Below, piece by piece: positions 19,592 through 29,914 of a stretch of DNA of 64,000 bases. Made by a program: the position numbers and the translations under genes. Origin of the DNA: an uncultured delta proteobacterium (GTDB lineage Bacteria; Desulfobacterota; RBG-13-43-22); the NCBI GenBank assembly GCA_963790475.1, contig CAWBOS010000012.1:800001-864000 (forward strand), written 5' to 3'. Position 1 is the first letter of the stretch. Every line of letters begins with the position of its first letter. The notes under the pieces were generated by a model. It was not told where the DNA came from, ran no database searches, and was given only the letters and a program-made list of their open reading frames with translations.

Positions 19592-21053
19592 TTACCTGTT
19601 GCCTTTTTTCTCCAGGGCCTTTTGATAAAGCGATTGATATTGAGAGGCCGATTTCTCCCAGGAAAAATCCTGGCTCATCGCCCGTTGCATCAATCGCTTC
19701 CAGCGAGGTTTGTCGCGATAAACCAATAAGGCCCGCTGGAGGGTCTGAAATAGTTTCTCTTCTTCATATTCCTTGAATTTAAAACCCGTCCCCTGATCTT
19801 TTTGAGGGTTGTAGTCTTCCACCGTATCTTCCAAACCCCCCACGGCCCGGACAATGGGGATTGTTCCGTATTTCAAGGCATACAGCTGATCGAGTCCGCA
19901 GGGTTCATAACGGGAGGGCATCATCAAAATGTCGGCCCCGGCTTGAATCTGATGGGCCAGGGGCCCGTTATATCCCATTTCCAGACCGATGAGGCCCGGA
20001 TATTTCTCGACTGTCTCCTGTGCCCAGGCTTGATATTGTTCGAGACCTTGTCCCATTAAGATGATTTCTATTTCCAATTCCATCAATCGGGGGAATATCC
20101 GGCTGACCAGGTCCAGGCCTTTCCGGTCCAGAAGACGGGAAATAATGGCTATTACCGGGGTTTCTCCTTTTTTCTTGAGATGAAATAATTCCTGGAGATT
20201 GGATTTACAGACTTTTTTATTCTCCAGGTCGTCGGTGGTATAGGCAGCCGGTAAAAAGGGGTCCTTGGCCGGGTCCCAAATCTGGTAATCCACCCCATTC
20301 AATATGGCATATAAATCTGTTTCACGGGTATTGAGCACCCCTTCCAGACCAAATCCGTTGGCCGGGGTCATGATTTCTTTCCGGTAATTGGGACTGACCG
20401 TAGTCAAGATATCGGCAAAGACGATCCCGCCTTTCATCAGGTTAAGCTTCCCGAAAAATTCCAGGCCCTTGGGCGTGAAAAGTTCCCAACCCAATCCGGT
20501 TAAATGGAGGTCATAGTGCCAGAAAATTCCCTGATATCCCAAATTGTGGATGGTGAAAAGACTGGCGGTTGATTGGAAAGAAGGGTTTTGGGCATAGAGG
20601 GTTTTCAAATAAACCGGTATCAATCCGGTTTGCCAGTCGTTACAATGAATGATATCCGGGCGAAGATCCAAGGCCAGACATAATTCCAGAACAGCCCGGG
20701 AAAAGAAAATAAAACGTTCGGCGTTGTCCTGGTAGTCCCCGTATTCATTTCCATATAGCCCTTCCCGGTCATAAAGGTCATCCCGGCCGATAAAATAAAC
20801 CGTCACCTGATCGTTAATATTGGCCTGAAAAATTTGGGCTGTTTTTTTCATCCAGGAGATAGGGACCTCCAGATGGGTATTCAGGAGTTTCAAGGGGGGA
20901 CTTGACATTCCGGCTTTGACGGTACTTAGGAGTGACAATAAATACTTCATGTCCCATTCGGGCCAGGGCCAGGGACAACTCACAGGAAACATCAGCCAAT
21001 CCCCCGGCCCGGGAAAACGGACTGACTTCGGAAGAGGCGAACAGGATCTTCAT
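19592..21053 (-). pseudogene. glgA: Glycogen synthase with a +1 frameshift in a G6 run (20894-20899); may be an assembly error
   Basis: N-terminus MKILFASSEVSPFSRAGGLADV is in one frame; the rest (HCNDWQT, TIHNLGYQG, PSRYEPCGL) is in another. Removing one G joins them. Confidence 0.85.
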
Positions 21054-22060
21054 TTTTCCTCCTCAAGAAGGACCTCCCTAAGATATTTGGCGGCTTCCTC
21101 GGGAGGAGAGGGGTTGATATAAAATCCGGAGCCCCATTCAAACCCGGCGATCCGGGTCAGTTTCGGGACGATTTCGAAGTGCCAATGATAGTAATCCTTA
21201 TGGGATTCCTTGATAGGAGAGGTATGAAGCATAAAGTTATAGGGCCGCTTGTTCAAGGCCTTGTCCAAACGTTTCAGGGTTTCGGAAAAAATTTGGGCCA
21301 GTGAATAATATTTGTACTCTTCCAATTCAGTATAAACGGCGTTATGGGATTTGGGGATGATCCAGACTTCGAATGGGGAACGAGGGGCGAATGGGCTGGA
21401 AACCAGGAAATCCTGGTTTTCAATAATCACCCGCACCTTGGCTTCCTGTTCCTGCCGGACGATATCGCAATAGACACAGCGGTCCTTATAGTCGTAATAT
21501 TTTTTGGAACCGTTCAATTCCTCGTGGGCGATTTCAGGAATTACCGGCAGGGCTATCAATTGGGAGTGACTATGTTCCAGAGAAGCCCCTGCTGCCCGGC
21601 CCTGGTTTTTGAAGACCAGGATGTATTGAAAACGGGGATCCTTGGATAAATCGACGATACGGTCCCGGTAGGCCCGTAGGACATCGGCAAAACGGTTGAT
21701 CGGCATGGTGGAGAGGGTTTCCTCGTGGTCGGGGGTCTCGATGATGACCTCATGAGCCCCGATCCCGTTCATTTTGTCATATAAACCCTCTCCGATTTTA
21801 TTCAGGCTTCCTTCAATAATGAGGGCCGGAAATTTATTGGCCACAACGCGTAGGGTCCAGCCGGAGCTATTGGGCTGTGTTCCCGGGTTGCGATAGGCGG
21901 AAATCTCCGGCGGGGTGGTTTTCTCATTTCCCGGATCAAAGGGACAAAACCCGCCTTTGGGGGTCTCGTCTTCCGGGGCAAAGTCAAAAGGTCTTTTGGC
22001 CCTTTCTGTGGAAATAATCACCCATCGGCCGACAATGGGATCCTTTCGCAATTCCGGCAT
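21050..22060 (-). CDS. galT: Galactose-1-phosphate uridylyltransferase-like (GalT/HIT superfamily)
   Basis: MPELRKDP, CPFDPGNE, GAHEVIIE and GASLEHSHSQ motifs. Confidence 0.9.
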   Translation of the reverse strand: MPELRKDPIVGRWVIISTERAKRPFDFAPEDETPKGGFCPFDPGNEKTTPPEISAYRNPGTQPNSSGWTLRVVANKFPALIIEGSLNKIGEGLYDKMNGIGAHEVIIETPDHEETLSTMPINRFADVLRAYRDRIVDLSKDPRFQYILVFKNQGRAAGASLEHSHSQLIALPVIPEIAHEELNGSKKYYDYKDRCVYCDIVRQEQEAKVRVIIENQDFLVSSPFAPRSPFEVWIIPKSHNAVYTELEEYKYYSLAQIFSETLKRLDKALNKRPYNFMLHTSPIKESHKDYYHWHFEIVPKLTRIAGFEWGSGFYINPSPPEEAAKYLREVLLEEEK

Positions 22061-22307
22061 CGAACCCTCCTGTTTTCTTCAAGCTCCTATGATAGGAACC
22101 ATAAGATTGAATAATATATTATCATTTTCTCTCTTTAATGTATAGGCTAAAAGGGAAGCCCTTTTTCTTGACCATGATTAATTTCTTTTAAAGAAATTAA
22201 AAAGTCAACCGGACTAAGGAGGTACGGCAATGACGAACCCTTGACAAAAGGGTATTTTGATTATTATCTTAATAATTATTTTCTGCGGCAAGCGAAGGAG
22301 GGTACTT

Positions 22308-22526
22308 ATGCCTATTTACGAATATCAGTGTTCGGATTGTTCCCGCACTTTTGAAAAAATAATCTGGACTTCAAAAGGTGAAAAGGTTCAATGTCCCTAT
22401 TGCAAAGGAAAGAAGGTCGTTCGACTGTTGTCGGCATTTTCCAAGGCCAGGGGTCAATCGGGGGACGGGGCTTCTTTGCCGTCTTCCTGCGGGCCGTCTT
22501 CGTCAGGATTCTCCTGAGCTTCTTAA
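22308..22526 (+). CDS. FmdB-family zinc-ribbon protein, probably a selenoprotein ending SCGPSSSGFS-U-AS
   Basis: MPIYEYQC..C...CPYC with AGGAGG RBS. TGA at 22515-22517, then GCT TCT TAA and a SECIS-like hairpin. Without read-through it ends at 22517. Confidence 0.8.
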
Positions 22527-22532
22527 TGAGAA

Positions 22533-22551
22533 TAAGAACCGTGAGTTCTTA
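22533..22551 (+). promoter_or_regulatory. Candidate bacterial SECIS element (FmdB gene)
   Basis: taagaac-CGTGA-gttctta, perfect 7-bp stem; loop starts 22 nt after the UGA; G at loop position 2. Confidence 0.6.
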
Positions 22552-22713
22552 ACCGGCGTATTAAACCCGGAACCGCCCCGAAGGGGGGACGCATGACCTG
22601 GGGCCAATAGAAGTCTTCACATGAACTTCATTTCTTGTCATTCCGCCTGGAGTCTGGACGTTATTGATCAGTCTCTACCAAAAGTTGTTATTTATAAGGA
22701 AAAGGAAAAGTTA

Positions 22714-22866
22714 ATGAAAACCGTTATCTGGTTGTTGATCATTATCGCCTGCTGGTATACCCTTAATCGGTGGGTCTTTCCAAAACTCGGTATCCAGGGG
22801 TGAATGCCTTCCTCTTCCTGCCAGGTTGAAGGGCAGGACCCCAAGAAAAATCCCAAGGATGTCTGA
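22714..22866 (+). CDS. Small membrane-anchored candidate selenoprotein, 50 aa (MKTVIWLLIIIACWYTLNRWVFPKLGIQG-U-MPSSSCQVEGQDPKKNPKDV)
   Basis: AGGA RBS, N-terminal hydrophobic helix, in-frame TGA at 22801-22803, SECIS-like hairpin at 22816-22838, and a Cys 6 residues after the U. Confidence 0.62.
22816..22838 (+). promoter_or_regulatory. Candidate bacterial SECIS element
   Basis: tcctgcc-AGGTTGAAG-ggcagga; loop starts 19 nt after the UGA with AGGU, as in the E. coli fdhF SECIS loop. Confidence 0.6.
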
Positions 22867-23274
22867 CCCGGTGCCTCATAAATGGTAAGGGCCGTTCCTT
22901 TCTCTTTTCGCCACAGACGATGATACGGCGAGGATTATCAGGAGAGCCATAGATCTGGGCTACCCCCTACCCCCGGGCCATTTCCCATGACTTGGCCATG
23001 GCAATGGATAGAGACCTTCGTGCTATTACAGAATAGGGATGATTCCCACTTCGGAGATGACGAAGATTTGACGGCAAACTGCGCTCTTTTTGCTTAAGAT
23101 CAAATGTCCTGATTCTTTTCAGCACCCCGCCAACCATCTTTGTTATCGTAGTTAGGGGGATCATCTTTGATAAGTTAAGGAAAAAATAGGAAAATAACAG
23201 GAGGCCAGGAGAAAAATAGGTCTGACGGAAAGGAATCGGCTTGCATTTTTTTTCCTTTTTGATACTATGCAACA

Positions 23275-23871
23275 ATGAAGCGAATTTTATTGAAAAATCA
23301 ACCTGATTTCCTTAAGATCCTCGGTGTTTCCGTTCTGCTGCTTCTCCTCTTTTTTCCCGGTCCCAGACCGGCGTGGAGCAAACAGGCCCAAATCAGCGAT
23401 ATTATTGTTACCAACAATCAGGAATATCTTTTGGTTTATTTTTATACCAAGGGGTGTTTCACCCCCGATATGAACAAGGCTATTCAAAACGGGATACCTA
23501 CCACTTTTACCTTTTTGATTGAACTGTATAAACCCCGTTCTATTTGGCCCAATAAGCAGCTTGCTTCCCTAAGATTGCATCACACCATTAAATATGATTC
23601 TCTAAGGGAAGAATTTTCAATCCTTTTAAGCGAACGTGGAAATCAGGTTTTTACCGTCAAAGAATTCAGTAAAGCCCAGGAGATGATGGCCGATGTCAGT
23701 AATGTTCGACTGATCCCCCTCCAGAGCCTGGAAAGGAACAACCAGTATCAGGTACGGATAAAGGCTGAACTCAATAAAGTCAGACTCCCTTTGTATCTTC
23801 ATTATCTATTGTTTTTTGTTTCCTTGTGGGATTTCGAAACGGAATGGTATGTAGTGGATTTTATTTATTAA
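23275..23871 (+). CDS. DUF4390-like exported protein
   Basis: Signal peptide; AIQNGIPTTFTF and WDFETEW; typical position upstream of an NtrY-like kinase. Confidence 0.75.
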   Translation: MKRILLKNQPDFLKILGVSVLLLLLFFPGPRPAWSKQAQISDIIVTNNQEYLLVYFYTKGCFTPDMNKAIQNGIPTTFTFLIELYKPRSIWPNKQLASLRLHHTIKYDSLREEFSILLSERGNQVFTVKEFSKAQEMMADVSNVRLIPLQSLERNNQYQVRIKAELNKVRLPLYLHYLLFFVSLWDFETEWYVVDFIY

Positions 23872-23899
23872 CCCAGGAACTTCCCACCTCGACAGGTCC

Positions 23900-26131
23900 A
23901 TGACCCCCCTTTTATCAGAAGAACAAAAAGAACAGCGGCGAAAAAAAAGAGATCGTCTGATCATCGTTATCACCGTATTGGTGGTCCTCGGGCTGACGAT
24001 TTGGGAAACCAATATCCTCCGGCCGGATTTCCCCTTTACCCTTTCTCAGCGGGTCATCCTCTTCGCTTTAATCAACATCAATATTATTCTGCTCCTTTTG
24101 TTGATCTTTCTGGTAGTGCAAAATCTCCTTAAATTAGTCACCGAGAGAAGGCGAAAGATCCTGGGATCAAAGATCCGAACCCGTTTGGTTATGGGATTTA
24201 TTACCTTGTCTCTGGTGCCGACTATCGTTTTGTTTCTTATCGCCTATGAATTCTTTGCCATGGGGATGGATTATTGGTTCAATATGCATATCGAGAAATC
24301 ATTACAGGATTCCCTTGATGTGGGCCGGGCCTATTATCAGGCCTCCAAAAGGGGAACCCGGACTTATGCCCAGCAGATCAGCCTTGATCTGAGCCAATCC
24401 AGCCTGATAGCTAAAAACGATCAGGAGGGGATCATACAGAGTATCATGGATAAACGACAGGAATACGGTCTGGCCTGGGTCGGTCTTTTTTTACCCAATC
24501 TGGAACAAAAAGTTCGTGTCGTCACTTCAGAGAGCTATCTGAAATCTTTTAAAGATCCTCCCTTAAGTCTGATACAGAAAGGTTTTCAGCCTAAGGGAAT
24601 TTCCGAGGTTCAATCCACTCCGGAGGGGGATTTTTTCATTGCCGGGGTTCCGGTCTGGGATAATTCACCCCAGCGGAAAGGGCTGGCAACCGTGGTGGTT
24701 GCCTCCTATTTCCCTCGATCTTTGCTCAAGAAGATGGAAACTATTTCCACCGGCCTGGAAGGGTACCGGCAGATGCAGATGTTGAAAAATCCAATTAAAT
24801 ATTTTTACTTGATCATCCTTTCGATTGTTTCTTTATTGATTCTTTTTTCCGCCACCTGGTTTGGATTTTATCTGGCTAAAGGGATGACCGTTCCTATTCA
24901 AAGGCTTGCTGAAGGGACCTTACGGATCGCCCAGGGAGACTATAATTTTTCCGTCGACCTGGAGGCCAAGGATGAATTTGGGTTGTTGGTTAATTCTTTC
25001 AATAAAATGACCTCCGATTTGTTAAAAGGAAAGGAAGAGATCGAACTGACCTATCAAAAATTATGGAAGAGCAACGAGGAAATCAATCAGCGAAAACAAT
25101 ATATGGAGACAGTTCTGGCCAATATCGGAACCGGGGTCATTTCCATAGACGCCGAAGGATATATCAGTACCATCAACCACTCGGCCCGGGAAATGCTTCG
25201 ATTAAAGACCGAACAGGTCCTTGGTCGGCGGTATGAGGAGGTGCTGCGCCCAGAACAAAAGGTCCTGCTTCATGACCTGCTGGCCAATCTGGAACTGATA
25301 AAAAGGGGGACATTAGAACGCACCATTCAAGTCCCTCTTCCGGATAACACTTTGACCCTGTTAGTGAAAGTCAGCTTGTTACAAGACGAAGAAAAGCGAA
25401 ATTTAGGGATGGTCCTGGTTTTTGATGATTTGACTGAGATCGAAAAAATTCAGAAGGTAGCGGCCTGGAGAGAAGTGGCCAGGCGTCTGGCCCATGAAAT
25501 CAAAAACCCCTTGACCCCCATCAAATTATCGGCTCAACGTTTGCAGAAAAAATATTCCTACCTTTTATCGGAAGGAAAAGAAAAGGAAATTTTTGATGAT
25601 TGCACTCAGACGATCATTAATCAAGTAGATGAATTGATCGGCCTGGTCAATGAATTTTTTACCTTTGCCCGATTACCGGCGGTTAACCTTTCCCGGAATG
25701 ATCTTAATGCCCTTATCCAGGAAGTCTTGGTTTTGTACAGTGAAAGTCAAAAGAGGATCGATTTCTCTTTTCAGGCCGATTCCAGGATACCCAAATTCCT
25801 CTTGGACCGGGAACAGATGAAAAGGGTTATGATCAATTTGTTGGATAATGCGGTGGCCGCTATTGAAGCCAGCGGTTCTATCAAGGTCCGGACCGATTAC
25901 GATCCATTATTGGAGATGGCCCGCATTGAAGTTATGGATACCGGAATCGGGATTGCCCCCAGAGACAAAGATCGGCTTTTCGAGCCCTATTTTTCCACTA
26001 AAAAGGGGGGAACCGGCCTCGGATTGACGATTGTCAGTTCCATTGTCTCCGATCATCACGGGCACATTCGGGTTAGGGATAATAAACCCCAAGGGACTAT
26101 TTTTTCCATAGAATTGCCGTTAGGGGCATAA
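23900..26131 (+). CDS. NtrY-like membrane sensor histidine kinase (HAMP-PAS-HisKA-HATPase)
   Basis: AWREVARRLAHEIKNPLTPI H-box, TM helices, DEFGLLVNSFNKM HAMP, GTGLGL. Confidence 0.92.
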   Translation: MTPLLSEEQKEQRRKKRDRLIIVITVLVVLGLTIWETNILRPDFPFTLSQRVILFALININIILLLLLIFLVVQNLLKLVTERRRKILGSKIRTRLVMGFITLSLVPTIVLFLIAYEFFAMGMDYWFNMHIEKSLQDSLDVGRAYYQASKRGTRTYAQQISLDLSQSSLIAKNDQEGIIQSIMDKRQEYGLAWVGLFLPNLEQKVRVVTSESYLKSFKDPPLSLIQKGFQPKGISEVQSTPEGDFFIAGVPVWDNSPQRKGLATVVVASYFPRSLLKKMETISTGLEGYRQMQMLKNPIKYFYLIILSIVSLLILFSATWFGFYLAKGMTVPIQRLAEGTLRIAQGDYNFSVDLEAKDEFGLLVNSFNKMTSDLLKGKEEIELTYQKLWKSNEEINQRKQYMETVLANIGTGVISIDAEGYISTINHSAREMLRLKTEQVLGRRYEEVLRPEQKVLLHDLLANLELIKRGTLERTIQVPLPDNTLTLLVKVSLLQDEEKRNLGMVLVFDDLTEIEKIQKVAAWREVARRLAHEIKNPLTPIKLSAQRLQKKYSYLLSEGKEKEIFDDCTQTIINQVDELIGLVNEFFTFARLPAVNLSRNDLNALIQEVLVLYSESQKRIDFSFQADSRIPKFLLDREQMKRVMINLLDNAVAAIEASGSIKVRTDYDPLLEMARIEVMDTGIGIAPRDKDRLFEPYFSTKKGGTGLGLTIVSSIVSDHHGHIRVRDNKPQGTIFSIELPLGA

Positions 26132-26186
26132 AAAGATCAAGTCTAATTTGAAAACCTGACCAAAATATGAAATCAAGGGAGCAAAC

Positions 26187-26263
26187 GAATATTGGAATAA
26201 TGGAATATTGGAGTAGTGGAGTGTTGGGTTTTAGACCACTTCTCCACTACTCCATCACTCCAA
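26187..26263. repeat. Degenerate 8-mer tandem repeat followed by its inverted copy
   Basis: gaatattg gaataatg gaatattg gagtagtg gagtgttg ... ccacttct ccactact ccatcact. Confidence 0.7.
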
Positions 26264-26346
26264 TGGGAAAGGTTAGTTTTAAATTCTCAACTGACTAATC
26301 ATAGAATTTATATTGAAATAGAGCTTTCAGGTTAACGGAGAATAGG

Positions 26347-27180
26347 GTGAAACAGATTCGACTGGTAGTCAAAAATATTCCCTTTGCCTATGAAGAAGCC
26401 TTGAAGATCAAGGCCTGGCTGGAAAAGGAAAAGGGGGTTTTGGTTCATTGGGACGAGGATGAAGAGTCTTCAAAATATGAAGTGCGACCGTCGCCTGAGC
26501 CTGTGGATCTGGTGGTAGTTTTGGGAGGGGATGGGACCTTGCTCAAAGCAGCCCGTCTTTTTGGTCATCTGGGGGCACCCATCCTGGGGGTGAACCTGGG
26601 CGGGCTGGGGTTCTTGACTGAAATTTCCCTGGAAGAACTCCGTCAACTTTTTGAGGGAATCCTCCAAGGAGAATATCAGACCGAAAACCGAATGGTATTG
26701 ACGGCCCGGATTGTTCGGGAAGGGGAAGTTCATCCGGTCATTCCTTTTTTAAATGATGTAGTCATCAATAAGGGGGCTTTGGCCAGGATTATCGACCTGG
26801 AAACCAGTATAGGCGGTCAATTCCTGACCTCCTATCGGGGAGATGGTCTGATCGTCGCGACCCCGACAGGGTCAACGGCCTATAACCTGTCGGCCGGCGG
26901 ACCGATTCTGCACCCGGCTCTGAAGACTATTCTCCTCACCCCGATCTGCCCTTTCACTCTGACTAATCGCCCGATTATCCTCCAGGACGATGCGGTCATT
27001 GATATTCTGTTGGGGACCAAGGCCAGTGAGGTCTGGCTGACTTTTGACGGGCAGGTGGGATACCCTTTAAAGGCCGGAGATGTGGTACAGGTTCAAAAGT
27101 CGGTCAAATCCGTACAGTTGATTAAGACGCCTTTTAAAAATTATTTTGAAATCCTTCGTACAAAATTAAAATGGGGATGA
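26347..27180 (+). CDS. nadK: NAD(+) kinase
   Basis: LGGDGTLL, NDVVI and DGLIVATPTGSTAYNLSAGG motifs. Confidence 0.95.
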   Translation: MKQIRLVVKNIPFAYEEALKIKAWLEKEKGVLVHWDEDEESSKYEVRPSPEPVDLVVVLGGDGTLLKAARLFGHLGAPILGVNLGGLGFLTEISLEELRQLFEGILQGEYQTENRMVLTARIVREGEVHPVIPFLNDVVINKGALARIIDLETSIGGQFLTSYRGDGLIVATPTGSTAYNLSAGGPILHPALKTILLTPICPFTLTNRPIILQDDAVIDILLGTKASEVWLTFDGQVGYPLKAGDVVQVQKSVKSVQLIKTPFKNYFEILRTKLKWG

Positions 27181-27198
27181 AAGGGAAAGGAAAAGATT

Positions 27199-27645
27199 AT
27201 GAAGTTTCGATTCTGCATGGTCCTTATTTTCGTCGCCGCTCTTTTTTTGATGGGTATGGGCAAAATGGACCAACCGGAGAAATCCGGGGAGATACCGGTT
27301 CCTGATAAAGAGGTGTCGGCTGTTATCAATGACACTGAAGGTTTGACCCTGAACCTGACCCAATTCAGCATTAACGGGAAGACTTTTTTGCAGGGTAAGT
27401 TAGGGGCCGGCCTTGTGGCCGTTCCTTTCAGCCAAATCCGGGTGATGACCCTGGCTTCGGACCCCAAAGGAATTGCCGTCAAGGTGGAGTTGAACGATCG
27501 CAGTCAACTAAATCTCCTTCTGGAGAAAGGATTAACGGCCTATGGAAAGATCAAGGCCGGGACTTATCAAATTCTTCTGGATCAAATCAAGAAAATAGAG
27601 ATTCAGGGAATAACCGAGAGGAAAAGGGAAAAGGGCCGGTCTTAG
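27199..27645 (+). CDS. Hypothetical exported protein
   Basis: Signal-peptide-like N-terminus; co-oriented after nadK. Confidence 0.65.
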   Translation: MKFRFCMVLIFVAALFLMGMGKMDQPEKSGEIPVPDKEVSAVINDTEGLTLNLTQFSINGKTFLQGKLGAGLVAVPFSQIRVMTLASDPKGIAVKVELNDRSQLNLLLEKGLTAYGKIKAGTYQILLDQIKKIEIQGITERKREKGRS

Positions 27646-28316
27646 GTTCTGCGGATCGACATCGACTTGAAGGTCAGGATTAAAGCGACCCCGGTTAGAA
27701 ATCCTCCTACATGAGCATACCAGGCCACGGACCCCCCTACGGTCCCGGCGTTTAATAACTGAACCAGGAACCACAACCCGAGAATCAGAACCGCCGGAAC
27801 TTTGATGACCTTAAAAAAAATTATGAAAATAAACAGGGTGGACACGTTGGCCCTGGGGAAAAGGATAAAGTAAGCCCCGAGGACGCCGGCGATGGCCCCG
27901 CTGGCTCCGATCATGGGAATTGGAGAGTTGAGGTCCGACAGGGTATGGATGAAAGCGGCAAAAAAACCGGCAATCAGATAGAAAAAAATAAATTTGACAT
28001 GTCCCAGGTAGTCTTCCACGTTTTTCCCAAAGATCCAGAGATAAAGCATATTTCCGAGTAAATGGACCAGTCCCCCGTGAAGAAACATGGAACTGAAGAT
28101 GGTCAAGGCGTAAGGAATGGTTTGAGGGGAATATTGGTCTCCCTCGAAGCGATGAATTAAGCGGCCGGGAATGGCCCCATAGCGAAAGAGAAAGGTCTCC
28201 AATCCCTCAGAAGATAAAGTGAGTTGATAAACATAAACCAGAATATTGATGGAAATAATGACAATGGTAATCAGAGGAAAGGTATTGTTCGGGGTATCGT
28301 TCTTGAGAGGAATCAT
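27642..28316 (-). CDS. Rhomboid family intramembrane serine protease
   Basis: MFLHGG..HLLGNM, GASGAIAG and AHVGGF motifs. Confidence 0.93.
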   Translation of the reverse strand: MIPLKNDTPNNTFPLITIVIISINILVYVYQLTLSSEGLETFLFRYGAIPGRLIHRFEGDQYSPQTIPYALTIFSSMFLHGGLVHLLGNMLYLWIFGKNVEDYLGHVKFIFFYLIAGFFAAFIHTLSDLNSPIPMIGASGAIAGVLGAYFILFPRANVSTLFIFIIFFKVIKVPAVLILGLWFLVQLLNAGTVGGSVAWYAHVGGFLTGVALILTFKSMSIRRT

Positions 28317-28499
28317 CTCATGGCCAGCTGTCGAATTTTCTTCCCCTTGTATCCTTTTCGCCAAATAAGTCAAGGAAATTTTGTCGGCCTTTTCTTCCTT
28401 GATCTTTAATGAGAATTTGGTTACTATATATTAAAAAAAAATGCCCTTCGTCTTCAAACGTCGGGCGTTCGGTGAAACCCTTTTCAATCGGATTTTTTT

Positions 28500-29819
28500 A
28501 TGAAGCAGGTCCATATCGCCACCTTCGGCTGTCAGATGAACGAAAGAGATTCCCAAACCATTGTCCGGATTATGGCCGCTTGTGATTATCAGGTCACCGA
28601 GAGCATGGACCAGGCCGACCTGATTCTGGTTAATACCTGCAGCATCCGCCGAAAGGCGGAAGAGAAGACCTACAGCTTCCTGGGGCGTCTTAAAGAGTTA
28701 AAGAACAGAAATCCCGGTCTGGTCATTGGGGTGGGTGGATGTGTGGCCCAGCAGGAAGGGAAACGTTTATTGGAAAGGGTGCCCCACCTGGATTTAGTCT
28801 TCGGGACCCGGATGATCCATCAGCTTCCCGGCTTGATCGAAGAGGTCAAACAAGGTAAAACCCGGGTATCCCGCATTGAGATGACCGGGGGGGATTTATA
28901 TTCCGACCCCTGGCTGACGACGCCGGGCCTTTCACCGGGGCTCAAGGCCTCAATAACCATTATGCAGGGCTGCAACAATTATTGTGCTTATTGCGTGGTT
29001 CCTTATGTCCGTGGACCCGAGGAAAGCCGGCCGAGCCAGGAAATCCTTCCCGAGGTACAAGCCCTGGCGGCCAAAGGGGTTAAAGAGATTCTCCTCTTAG
29101 GCCAAAACGTAAACTCTTTTGGTCTGAACCGGGTGGGAGAAATTACCTTCGCTCATTTGTTGCTTCGCCTGGAAAAGGTTCCGGGACTGGAACGTGTCCG
29201 TTTCACTACGTCTCACCCTAAAGACCTGTCTCCGGAACTGATTAATTGTTTCGGGCGAATTGCCAATTTGTGTGAACATATTCATCTGCCGGTCCAGGCC
29301 GGCTCAAACCATATACTTAAGAAGATGAACCGCTGCTATACCCGGGAAGACTACCTGAAAAAGGTTGAGCAACTTAGAGAACGATGCCCCGGCATAGCCA
29401 TAACCAGCGATTTTATTGTCGGATTTCCCGGGGAGACCGAAGCCGATTTCGAGGAGACTATGGACCTGGTACGCACAGCCCAATTCGACGATATTTTTTC
29501 CTTTAAATACTCGAACCGTCCCCAAACACCAGCCTCCGGTTTTTCCGGCCAGGTGAATGAGGAAGAAAAAAGCAGCCGTTTAATGAAGATTCAGACCTAT
29601 CAGAAGAAAGTCACTCTTTCAAAGCAGCAGACTATGGAAGGGACCATTCAGCAGGTATTGGTGGAAGGGGCCAGTAAAAAATCCCCTCTGGACCTGATGG
29701 GGAGGACGCGTACCAATAAAATCGTCAATTTCCCCGGCCCCCCGGATCTGTTGGGGAAAACCGTACCGGTCCGCATTGAAAAGGCGTATATCAATTCATT
29801 AAAAGGAAGTTTGGTGTAA
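28500..29819 (+). CDS. miaB: tRNA-2-methylthio-N6-dimethylallyladenosine synthase
   Basis: TFGCQMN, NTCSIR, GCVAQ, CNNYCAYC radical-SAM motif and TRAM domain. Confidence 0.95.
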   Translation: MKQVHIATFGCQMNERDSQTIVRIMAACDYQVTESMDQADLILVNTCSIRRKAEEKTYSFLGRLKELKNRNPGLVIGVGGCVAQQEGKRLLERVPHLDLVFGTRMIHQLPGLIEEVKQGKTRVSRIEMTGGDLYSDPWLTTPGLSPGLKASITIMQGCNNYCAYCVVPYVRGPEESRPSQEILPEVQALAAKGVKEILLLGQNVNSFGLNRVGEITFAHLLLRLEKVPGLERVRFTTSHPKDLSPELINCFGRIANLCEHIHLPVQAGSNHILKKMNRCYTREDYLKKVEQLRERCPGIAITSDFIVGFPGETEADFEETMDLVRTAQFDDIFSFKYSNRPQTPASGFSGQVNEEEKSSRLMKIQTYQKKVTLSKQQTMEGTIQQVLVEGASKKSPLDLMGRTRTNKIVNFPGPPDLLGKTVPVRIEKAYINSLKGSLV

Positions 29820-29914
29820 AAGATGCAGGATGCCGGAGAATACCATAATATAATTTTTCCCCCGCATCGTTTATCGTGCTTCCCGCATCTGGCATCTTTT
29901 CCTGTGGAGGTGTT

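Noticed and set aside
22565-22612. Possible c-di-GMP-I riboswitch (ggaaccgccccgaaggggggacgc), with a similar hairpin at about 52487-52510
   Set aside because: Only partial resemblance; the GGCAAA/GCAAA and P3 features are not convincingly present. A covariance-model search would be needed.
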